Assembly (NCBI GenBank): GCA_964532485.1
Contig: CAZHKE010000005.1
Location: forward strand, 9,359 to 73,358
Direction of reading: 5' to 3'
DNA length: 64,000 nt
Source of the DNA: an uncultured Bifidobacteriaceae bacterium
Lineage (GTDB): Bacteria > Actinomycetota > Acidimicrobiia > IMCC26256 > PALSA-555
Below, one piece after another: positions 8,754-16,325 of the stretch; the first letter of the stretch is position 1, and each line of letters starts with the position of its first letter. The notes below the pieces were generated by a model. It had not been told where the DNA came from and ran no database searches. It was given only the letters and a program-made list of their open reading frames with translations. The position numbers and the translations under genes were made by a program.

Positions 8754-9557
8754 TCACCGTCTCGAGCCCGGCAGCTGGGTCAGCGTCACGAACCCGTTGT
8801 GGAACGCCTCGATGTCGTTCGGCAGGTCCTCGGCGGTCGACGCGCAGTCCGGCGGAGCAGCGCCATCCGTGTCCGAGGTGGCGAGGGGTACCTCGACGAC
8901 GCCACGGATCTCGCCGTCGGTGCCGCACGACGGGACGTTGAGGTTGTCGAGGACGACCTCGACAGCCTTGCCGCTCTTCGGCGTCAACGACTCGCGGTGT
9001 CGTTCGAGCCACATCAGAGCCTGCTTCACGCCAGCGGGGTAGTCGGGCTCGCCGCTCTCGAGCGTGCCCTGGCTCACGGCGAGCGCGGGGATGCCGCGTC
9101 TCGCGGCTGCCTTCGCGGCGGCGACGGTACCGGAGGACCGGTTGGCGGCGCGCCCGAGATTCGGGCCCGCGTTGATGCCGGACACGACGAGATCGGGCCG
9201 ATGCTGCACCCCGTGCCGGTCGATCGCGTGCACGATGGTGTCGACGGGAAAGCCGGTGACCGCGATCGCAGGGTAGCCACGCGCCGTCTTCGTCTTCGTC
9301 GTCACGAGCTCGCCGGGCGACGTGGTGCTCCCCGTGCGAGAGCGGTTGTCGGCGGGCGCGACCACCGTCACCTTCACGCCGGGGATCTTGCGCAGACCCT
9401 CGACGAGCGCACCGATGCCCGGCGCCGTGACGCCGTCGTCGTTCGTGACCAGGATCCGGAGGGGCTGCTGGTTCGATCGGGCGCCCGCGGGGACGGCCGA
9501 GAGCGCGGGACCGCCGGCGAGCAGCGCGACGAGCGTGCAGACGAGTCCGCGGTGCAT
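8754..9557 (-). CDS. surE: 5'/3'-nucleotidase SurE with N-terminal signal-like peptide
   Basis: LRILVTNDDGVTAPGI and SGINAGPNLG SurE motifs, preceded by MHRGLVCTLVALLAGGPALSAVPAGA. Confidence 0.85.
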   Translation of the reverse strand: MHRGLVCTLVALLAGGPALSAVPAGARSNQQPLRILVTNDDGVTAPGIGALVEGLRKIPGVKVTVVAPADNRSRTGSTTSPGELVTTKTKTARGYPAIAVTGFPVDTIVHAIDRHGVQHRPDLVVSGINAGPNLGRAANRSSGTVAAAKAAARRGIPALAVSQGTLESGEPDYPAGVKQALMWLERHRESLTPKSGKAVEVVLDNLNVPSCGTDGEIRGVVEVPLATSDTDGAAPPDCASTAEDLPNDIEAFHNGFVTLTQLPGSRR

Positions 9558-9659
9558 GTCTCCCCTTGGACCGAAGGTGGAGGAGGTTGGCCGCTGCGGC
9601 GCGGGCGCGCAAGCTCCTCGCCCGCCCGGGTGTCAGCGGGGACGCTCAGGAGCCGAGCG

Positions 9660-10541
9660 TCACGAGTCGAGTGCCAGCCGTCGGATCGCGTTCTCGCCGG
9701 TGCCCCACGGTGACGCAGCGACGGCGTGCACCACCCGCGCCGCCGAGTCGCCTGCCGCCAACGCATCGAGGATCGCGCGGTAGCTCCCGTTGTGCAGCGT
9801 GCGGACGGTCGCGTCGATGCCGACGACGTCGTCGGGGTACGCCTTCACACCGTGGTCGTTGAGATCGACGCCGCCCGACGCACCCATCGTCGTCGCGAGG
9901 GGGTTGTGCGCCCGCGCCGTGTTCGCTTCCGCACCGATCCATGCCGAGAGCGCGCGGATGTTCTCGCTGGTCACCGGCGCCCCGAGCGCGTCGAGGAGCG
10001 CCACCGACCATCGGGTCCGTACCTGGCCGGTCGCCTCGAGCACGGCGAGGAGCCGCGTGCGCTCGTCGCGTGCCGCGGCGAGCGCGCCGAACAGGAGGTC
10101 GCGCCGAGCAGCAGTGTCGGTCGCGAGCTGCTCCGCGGCGCGCCGCTCGACGACCGCACGCTCGGGCTCGAGATCGTCGAGGATCGCGTCGGCTGCCACG
10201 TCGGCGACGCCGCCGGTCGGTGCCCCGCCATCCGGAGGTGCGGTCGCGGGATGCGCGGTCAGGGCTCGGGCCTCCTCGGCGCGGGCGACGTCGAGTGCCG
10301 CGGCAGCGGCGTCGGCGGCGGCCGCGGCATCCGGCACGGCGGCATCGGACGTGCGAAGCGCCGCGTCGACCCGCGCGAGGCGCTCCACGACGAGTGCCGC
10401 CGCGTCGAACTGCGCGTCGGTGATCGGACTGGCCGCGCCAGGCCCCGCCGGCAGGAGCAGCGCCAGCGTCCCGGCCACCGCGACGAAGCATGCGCGCGCG
10501 CCGCGCCCGGCTCGTCGCGTCGAGGACGTGCGGCTCGTCAT
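9660..10541 (-). CDS. secreted hypothetical protein (Ala-rich linker plus conserved C-terminal domain)
   Basis: N-terminal RR-containing signal-like segment RRAGRGARACFVAVAGTLALLLPAGPGAASP, followed by an Ala/Asp-rich middle. The C-terminal 110 aa are non-repetitive (AWIGAEANTARAHNPLATT...ASPWGTG). No family recognised. Confidence 0.6.
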   Translation of the reverse strand: MTSRTSSTRRAGRGARACFVAVAGTLALLLPAGPGAASPITDAQFDAAALVVERLARVDAALRTSDAAVPDAAAAADAAAAALDVARAEEARALTAHPATAPPDGGAPTGGVADVAADAILDDLEPERAVVERRAAEQLATDTAARRDLLFGALAAARDERTRLLAVLEATGQVRTRWSVALLDALGAPVTSENIRALSAWIGAEANTARAHNPLATTMGASGGVDLNDHGVKAYPDDVVGIDATVRTLHNGSYRAILDALAAGDSAARVVHAVAASPWGTGENAIRRLALDS

Positions 10542-10655
10542 CGCGGGGTCTCCCGGGCACTTCAGGCCTCTGGGATCGGCCCGCGCGCGCCGGTGCTTGA
10601 GCGCGGGTTCGCGGCGTTGGCTCGGCGTTGGGAGTCGAGGCCCCCAGGAGCCCGG

Positions 10656-11897
10656 TCAGCCGAGGGCGCCGGCGTCGCGCAGCTCGGCGATCCGGGCCGG
10701 GTCGTACCCCAGCACGTCGTGGAGGACGGCGTCGCTGTGCTCCCCGACCGAGGGCGCCTTCGCCGGGACGGGCTGCTCGTCGTCCATCACCTTGAGCGGG
10801 TTCGGGAGCTCGTCGGCGCCGAGCCGCTCCTTGGGGATCCACGGCAGCCGGTCCTGGAACTGCGGGTCGTCGGCGATCGTCTTCGGCGTGTTGACGGGTG
10901 CGATGGGCGTGTTCACCTCGTTCGACCACGCGATCCAATCCGTCGATGACTTGGTCTTGAAGATGTCGCGCAGCTCGGCGTGGAGCTCTGTGTTGTTCCG
11001 GGCATGGTCCGCGAACTTCTCGCCCGGCCACCGCTCGAAGAGGTCCATCCGGTCGACGCCGCGACAGAAGTTCTCCCAGAACTCCCGCTCCGACGCCATG
11101 AACAAGACGTGCCCGTCGGACGTCTCGTAGATCTGGTAACGCACGCCTTCGCGCATTCCGGCGGTGCCCGGCGGGCGCCGCTCGTAGTCGTCGGACGCGT
11201 TGCCGGTCACCTCCGACTCGGGTCGCTCGTAGGCGCGCCACGACTCGGAGCGGTACCAGTCCATGTACGCCGCCGCGTCCGACTGCGCGATCTCCATGCG
11301 CGCGCCCACACCGGTCTCTCGAGCCTTGATGATCCCGGCGAGGATGCCGAACGCACCCATCAGCGGTCCCGCGTGGATGCCCATCGACGCGTGCTCGGCC
11401 ATCACGCAGAAGCCGTGCTCGTCGTACTCGGTGGGTACGAGCCCGGCCCAGGTGTCGTACGCGATGCCGTGACTCGGCATGTCCCGGTAGGGCCCGGTCA
11501 TCCCGTAGCCGCTGATCGTGATGAACACGATGCGCGGGTTGACGGTGCGCAAGCGCTCGTAGCCGAGCCCGCGTCGCTCCAGCGCACCCGGCCGCATCGC
11601 CTCGACGACCGCGTCGGCCTCCTTGGTCAGCTCGAGGAACACCTCCGCGGCCTCGGGCTTGCGGAGGTCGAGCGTGAGGCTCCGCTTGCCGCGGTTGATG
11701 TGGAGGTGCATGAGCGAGACGCCCTCGACGATCGGCCACGTCATCTGGCGCACGTAGTCGCCCTGGGGCGGCTCGATCTTGATCACGTCGGCGCCGAGGT
11801 CGGCGAGGTGCATCGTGATCGCGGCCGGTCCGAGCAGCGAGCACTCGAGCACGCGCACGCCGGCGAGGAGTCCGGCCCCGTGGTCGGTCGTGCTCAT
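10656..11897 (-). CDS. CoA-transferase family III (CaiB/BaiF-like)
   Basis: N-terminal LAGVRVLECSLLGPAAITMHLADLGADVIKIEPPQGD is the hallmark of family III CoA-transferases. 413 aa. Confidence 0.9.
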   Translation of the reverse strand: MSTTDHGAGLLAGVRVLECSLLGPAAITMHLADLGADVIKIEPPQGDYVRQMTWPIVEGVSLMHLHINRGKRSLTLDLRKPEAAEVFLELTKEADAVVEAMRPGALERRGLGYERLRTVNPRIVFITISGYGMTGPYRDMPSHGIAYDTWAGLVPTEYDEHGFCVMAEHASMGIHAGPLMGAFGILAGIIKARETGVGARMEIAQSDAAAYMDWYRSESWRAYERPESEVTGNASDDYERRPPGTAGMREGVRYQIYETSDGHVLFMASEREFWENFCRGVDRMDLFERWPGEKFADHARNNTELHAELRDIFKTKSSTDWIAWSNEVNTPIAPVNTPKTIADDPQFQDRLPWIPKERLGADELPNPLKVMDDEQPVPAKAPSVGEHSDAVLHDVLGYDPARIAELRDAGALG

Positions 11898-11944
11898 GCG
11901 AGAAGCATGGCACCCCGGCGAACGGACACGTCAGGTCGCGGGTG

Positions 11945-12319
11945 TCAGGTGGTGGGCGATGCGGTGCTCGCCGTCGTGTCCGGACCTGGCTCGACGGCCT
12001 TCAGCTTCATCTTCATGCCGGGGTGGATCGTGCAGACGATCCGGTAGACGCCCGGATCCTTGATCGTGCGGCTGAACTTGCCCTCCGACTGGATCTTCGA
12101 CTTGAACTTCTCGGGCCCCTTCTTCACGACGACGTTGTGCGCGACGAAGCCGTCCCACTTCCACGTGACCTTGTCACCCACGTCGACGGTGACCTTCTTG
12201 GGCTTGAAGTAGTTGTCGTTGACCGAGATCGTCGTGTGGGCGGCGGAGGCCGCGGGTGCGAGCAGGACGAGGCCTGCCAGCGCGGCGACGGCGCCGACAC
12301 GGAGGGGTGCCCGATGCAT
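11945..12319 (-). CDS. secreted cupredoxin (plastocyanin/azurin-like type-1 copper protein)
   Basis: Internal ATG at 12319 gives a signal peptide MHRAPLRVGAVAALAGLVLLAPAASAA. Cu ligands are HNVVV ... CTIHPGM (H, C, H, M). Confidence 0.8.
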   Translation of the reverse strand: MHRAPLRVGAVAALAGLVLLAPAASAAHTTISVNDNYFKPKKVTVDVGDKVTWKWDGFVAHNVVVKKGPEKFKSKIQSEGKFSRTIKDPGVYRIVCTIHPGMKMKLKAVEPGPDTTASTASPTT

Positions 12320-12473
12320 GCGTGTGCTCCTGTCTCGAACCCGTCGAACGTACTCAGCGGGGTCGGTGTTCCCGGGGTCGGGGCGCGACGACGTGACTCG
12401 CGCCACTCGGGACCGAAGACTGCCCGACACGGCGGGTCGGCCGGCTCGCTGACGACGGTTCGCACGGTGCGCG

Positions 12474-13724
12474 ATGCTGCCGCTCGTGGCGCCGGTGCGA
12501 AGCGAGCTCGACGGGGTCGATCTCTACGACCCGAGGGGCTACGAGGCGGCCGCCCCGTACGAGCTGTTCGCTCGGCTTCGCCGCGAGCGGCCGGTGTTCC
12601 GACAGGAGATGCCCGACGGGTCCTTCTACTGGGCGCTCCTGAAGCACGCCGACATCGTCGCGGTCTCGAAGCGCCCCGAGCTCTTCTCTGCCGAGGTCGG
12701 TGGCGTCGTGCTCGAGGACCAGGCGCCCGAGCAGCTCGAGCAGACCAAGAACATGCTCTTGATGATGGACCCGCCGCGACACTCGGAGCTGCGCAAGAAC
12801 GCGTATCCGCACTTCCGGCCCCGTCGGATCGGCGAGCTCGAGAACCGGATCCGGGTGATCTGCGGCGAGCTGCTCGACCGGGGCGCGGAGCAGGGCGAGC
12901 TCGAGTTCGTGCACGACCTGGCGGCGCTGGTGCCGTCGCAGGTCTTCGGCGAGCTGATGGGCATCCCGCCCGAGGACCGAGCGCGGATCAACCGCTGGGC
13001 CGAGATGATGACCGGCGGCCAGGACCCCGACGTCAACCCCGACGTCGCGTCAGACGGCTACTCGGCGAGCACCAACGAGGGCTCGGTCGAGATGGCGATG
13101 TACGGGATGCGGTTCGCCGAGGCGCGTCGCGGGCGCGACGGTGAGCCGGGCGACCTCGGCGACCGGCTCCTCGCGACCGAGGTCGAGGGGAAGCCGATGG
13201 ACGACCTCCAGTTCGCGTACTTCTTCGTGCAGCTCGTTACCGCCGGCAACGACACCACGCGCACGATGATCTCGTCCGGGCTCCTGGAGCTGCTGCGACA
13301 CCCCGATCAGCTCGAGAGGCTGCGCGCCGACCGTTCGCTCGCCGCGAGCGCCGTCGAGGAGGTGCTCCGGTACGCGCCGCCGCTCCACTACTTCCGGCGG
13401 ACGCTGACGGCCGACACCGAGGTGCGGGGCGTGCCGATGGCCGCCGGCGAGAAGCTGGCGATGATCTACTCGTCGGCCAACCGCGACGAGGACGCCTTCG
13501 ACGACCCGGACACGTTCGACATCACTCGCCATCCCAACCCGCACCTCGCGTTCGGGATCGGTGAGCACTTCTGCCTCGGCGTTCACCTCGCGCGGCTCGA
13601 GGGCAGGGTGTTCCTCGAGGAGATGCTCGATCGCTGGCCGAGGGTCGAGCTCGCCGGCGACCCCCGCCGTCAGCGCTCCAACCTCAACAACGCGCTGAAG
13701 TCACTGCCCATCCGGGTCGGCTGA
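12474..13724 (+). CDS. cytochrome P450
   Basis: Heme-thiolate loop FGIGEHFCLGVHLARLE, ExxR (EEVLRY) and I-helix TAGNDTT. Confidence 0.95.
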   Translation: MLPLVAPVRSELDGVDLYDPRGYEAAAPYELFARLRRERPVFRQEMPDGSFYWALLKHADIVAVSKRPELFSAEVGGVVLEDQAPEQLEQTKNMLLMMDPPRHSELRKNAYPHFRPRRIGELENRIRVICGELLDRGAEQGELEFVHDLAALVPSQVFGELMGIPPEDRARINRWAEMMTGGQDPDVNPDVASDGYSASTNEGSVEMAMYGMRFAEARRGRDGEPGDLGDRLLATEVEGKPMDDLQFAYFFVQLVTAGNDTTRTMISSGLLELLRHPDQLERLRADRSLAASAVEEVLRYAPPLHYFRRTLTADTEVRGVPMAAGEKLAMIYSSANRDEDAFDDPDTFDITRHPNPHLAFGIGEHFCLGVHLARLEGRVFLEEMLDRWPRVELAGDPRRQRSNLNNALKSLPIRVG

Positions 13725-13732
13725 CGGGCCCA

Positions 13733-15109
13733 TCAGCTGAACTGGGGCAGCCAATCGCTCGTCGCGGTGAGGAGCTCGTCGGTCATCGCGACCGTGTCCT
13801 CGTAGGCGATGCTCCCCGCGTGCGGGTCGGCGAGCATCGCCTCGAGCACCTTCGTGCGGTCGCCGGTGAGCGCGGCTTCGACGGTCAGCTCCTCCGTCGC
13901 CGCGATGCGGCGCACCGCCTCGCCGAGGAAGCCCGGGATCGTGACCTCGTCGCGTGCGCGCGCGCCGCTGCCGTCGGCCGTGCCGATGCACTCCACGACG
14001 ACGCCTTCCGGCACGTTCGTCACCTGCCGGCGGTTCGGCAGGTTCATCGGCAGCGACCGGGTCGTGCCCCCGACGAGACCGTCGAGCAGGGGCGCGACGA
14101 GCTCGCCCGACGGCAGGCGCGGCACCTGCTCCGATGCCATGAGCGCCGCGACCTTCTGCTGGTCGAGGCGCTTGTCGTCGATGTGACCGTCGATCGTGTA
14201 CTGGCGGACGTTCCAGTCACGCCCGAAATCGGAGCGCGGCGTGCAGAACCCGGGCAGGAACTCGGCGACATGGGTGTCGGACGAGCCTGGTAGCACGCCG
14301 AACCGCTCGAACATCTCGATGCGGATCGGCACGTTCGCGATCACGTCGTCCTTGGTCCAGTCGGCGTGTGAGGTGCGCTTGCGCCAGTGGATCTGCTCGG
14401 GCGGAGCCATCCAGATCGGCTTGCGGCGCGCCTCCTCGTCGTCGAGCAGGGCCCGCAGGCGCCCGAGCCCGTCGTCGTCGCCGCCCACGCGGAGCTCGGT
14501 GATGATCGGGAGGTGGTTCACGCCGCCGACGACGGGGTCGAGCTCGTGCATGCCGCAGTCGAGCAGCAGGCTCAGGACGAACTGTGCTCCGACGAGCTCG
14601 TTGCAGAGGCCGATCGTCGTGATCGAGGTCTCACGCGTCGCGGAGCGACACAGCGCCGACAGGGGGTTCGTGACGTTCAGCAACGTGGCGGCGGGTGCGA
14701 CGCGCTCCATGGCGCGGGTGATCCCGAGCAGCACGGGGACGCTGCGCAGCGCGCGCATGATGCCGCCCGGCCCGACGCTGTCGCCCACCGGCTGGCGGAT
14801 GCCGTAGCGCGCCGGGATCTCGAGGTCGTGACGCATGCTCGTGAACCCGCCGACCGAGAACTGCGCGACCACGTGATCGGCACCGGCGAGCCCGTCGTCG
14901 AGGTCGGTCGTCGCCCGCACGGTGAGGCCCGCGCCGCTCGCCTGGCGCAGGTGCTCGGCGAGCTCGAGCATCGGCGGGAGCGAGTCGGCATCGAGGTCGA
15001 CGAGCGCGACCTGGGCCTCGGAGAGCGACGGAGTGTTGACGAAGTCGACGAGGAGGCTCGGCGTCCAGTGCGCGCTGCCCCCGCCCACGAACGTGATGTG
15101 TGGTGCCAT
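13733..15109 (-). CDS. glycoside hydrolase family 4 (NAD-dependent glycosidase)
   Basis: N-terminal Rossmann ITFVGGGSAHWTP and NVTNPLSALC, with the GH4-typical length of 458 aa. Confidence 0.8.
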   Translation of the reverse strand: MAPHITFVGGGSAHWTPSLLVDFVNTPSLSEAQVALVDLDADSLPPMLELAEHLRQASGAGLTVRATTDLDDGLAGADHVVAQFSVGGFTSMRHDLEIPARYGIRQPVGDSVGPGGIMRALRSVPVLLGITRAMERVAPAATLLNVTNPLSALCRSATRETSITTIGLCNELVGAQFVLSLLLDCGMHELDPVVGGVNHLPIITELRVGGDDDGLGRLRALLDDEEARRKPIWMAPPEQIHWRKRTSHADWTKDDVIANVPIRIEMFERFGVLPGSSDTHVAEFLPGFCTPRSDFGRDWNVRQYTIDGHIDDKRLDQQKVAALMASEQVPRLPSGELVAPLLDGLVGGTTRSLPMNLPNRRQVTNVPEGVVVECIGTADGSGARARDEVTIPGFLGEAVRRIAATEELTVEAALTGDRTKVLEAMLADPHAGSIAYEDTVAMTDELLTATSDWLPQFS

Positions 15110-15235
15110 GGCGGCGACGCTAATCCTGCGGCCGCCTCACCCGCCCGGGTGTCTCACCCGACGTTCCGCGCGACGTCGACCCGTCCGAGCACCTGCGAAG
15201 CCGATGCTCGGCGGGTCGGGTACGTTCCCTCGAGA

Positions 15236-16291
15236 ATGGTCGCAGGGAGCCCCGCGCCATCACCCGACGACGCCCAGCCCTCGGGAAGGCCGCGCTGGTC
15301 GATCGGACGGATCCTGCTGCTGGTGATCACCGCGGCGTGCCTCTACCTCTTCGCGCCGAGCATCGCCGAGGTGTTCGAGGCCTCCCGCAAGCTCGGGGAG
15401 GTCCACCCCGCCGCCATCCCGGCGATCCTCCTCCTCGAGTCCGCGAGCTTCGCCTGCACGTGGGTGCTCCAGCGAATGGCGCTTCGCACCCACGGTTGGT
15501 TCCCGGTGGTGACGACGCAGCTGGCCGGGAACTTCTTCAACCGCATCACGCCCGGCGGCGGGGCGACGGGAACGGCGCTGCAAGCGCGGATGCTCGTGGA
15601 CGCGGGCTTCAACGCCACGAAGGCGGGCACCGCGATCACCGTGCAGTCGCTGCTCATCACCGCGACCGTCCTCGCGCTCCCGGTGTTCGCGCTCCCGGCG
15701 ATCATCCTCGGGACGAGCGTGCCCGGATCGCTCGCCGAGGCTGCCGGGATCGGGATGGTCGTGTTCGCCTTGATGGCCGGCGTCATCGCGCTCCTGCTCG
15801 CGCGCCGAAGGCCGCTGCTGGCGGTCGGGCGCACGATCCAGTGGACGGTCAACAAGGTGCGCTTCCGGCGTCCACCGGTCACCGGGCTGCCGGAGCGGCT
15901 CGTCGGCGAGCGCAACGAGATCCGTCGCACGCTCGGGGAACGTTGGGTGCAGGCCGTCGGCGCGGCCGTCGGTCGCTGGGCCTTCGAGTACCTCGTGCTC
16001 CTCGTGACCCTCTACGCCATCGGGGCGAGCCCGGACATGTGGCTGGTGCTCCTGGCGTTCGTCGCCGCGTCGCTGCTGGCCATGGTCCCGTTCACGCCGG
16101 GCGGTCTCGGGTTCGTCGAGGCGGGCCTGGCGGGCACGCTCGCCCTGTCGGGCATCACGACCGCCGAGGCGCTCCTCGCGACGCTCGTGTTCCGGCTCAT
16201 GTCGTTCTGGCTGCCGATGCCGGTCGGCATCGTCGCGTGGTTCGCGTTCCGGCGCCGCTATCCCCGCGCTCGGGAGATCACCCAGGGCTGA
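15236..16291 (+). CDS. flippase-like / LPG-synthase-TM (UPF0104) membrane protein
   Basis: Internal ATG at 15236 of ORF 14387..16291; the upstream part is antisense to the GH4 gene. About 8 TM helices, and FFNRITPGGGATG and PFTPGGLGFVE motifs typical of this family. Confidence 0.75.
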   Translation: MVAGSPAPSPDDAQPSGRPRWSIGRILLLVITAACLYLFAPSIAEVFEASRKLGEVHPAAIPAILLLESASFACTWVLQRMALRTHGWFPVVTTQLAGNFFNRITPGGGATGTALQARMLVDAGFNATKAGTAITVQSLLITATVLALPVFALPAIILGTSVPGSLAEAAGIGMVVFALMAGVIALLLARRRPLLAVGRTIQWTVNKVRFRRPPVTGLPERLVGERNEIRRTLGERWVQAVGAAVGRWAFEYLVLLVTLYAIGASPDMWLVLLAFVAASLLAMVPFTPGGLGFVEAGLAGTLALSGITTAEALLATLVFRLMSFWLPMPVGIVAWFAFRRRYPRAREITQG

Positions 16292-16325
16292 CGAGTCGAG
16301 GCCGGGCTGTCTCCCGAAGCGGCGA

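Noticed and set aside
9646-11913. 755-aa minus-strand ORF spanning two genes
   Set aside because: The composition is extremely Arg/Pro/Gly/Ala-rich with no motifs. It is out of frame with two well-supported genes on the same strand (secreted protein 9660..10541 and CoA-transferase 10656..11897). This is a typical high-GC shadow ORF.
11945-13724. Cupredoxin as a redox partner for the divergent P450
   Set aside because: The cupredoxin has a clear signal peptide and would be extracytoplasmic, whereas P450s are cytoplasmic and use ferredoxins. The adjacency is probably coincidental. Neither P450 has a ferredoxin or reductase neighbour in this window.
14387-15235. N-terminal 283-codon extension of the UPF0104 membrane protein ORF
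   Set aside because: The extension is antisense to the GH4 gene and has junk composition. The ATG at 15236 gives a sensible membrane protein.
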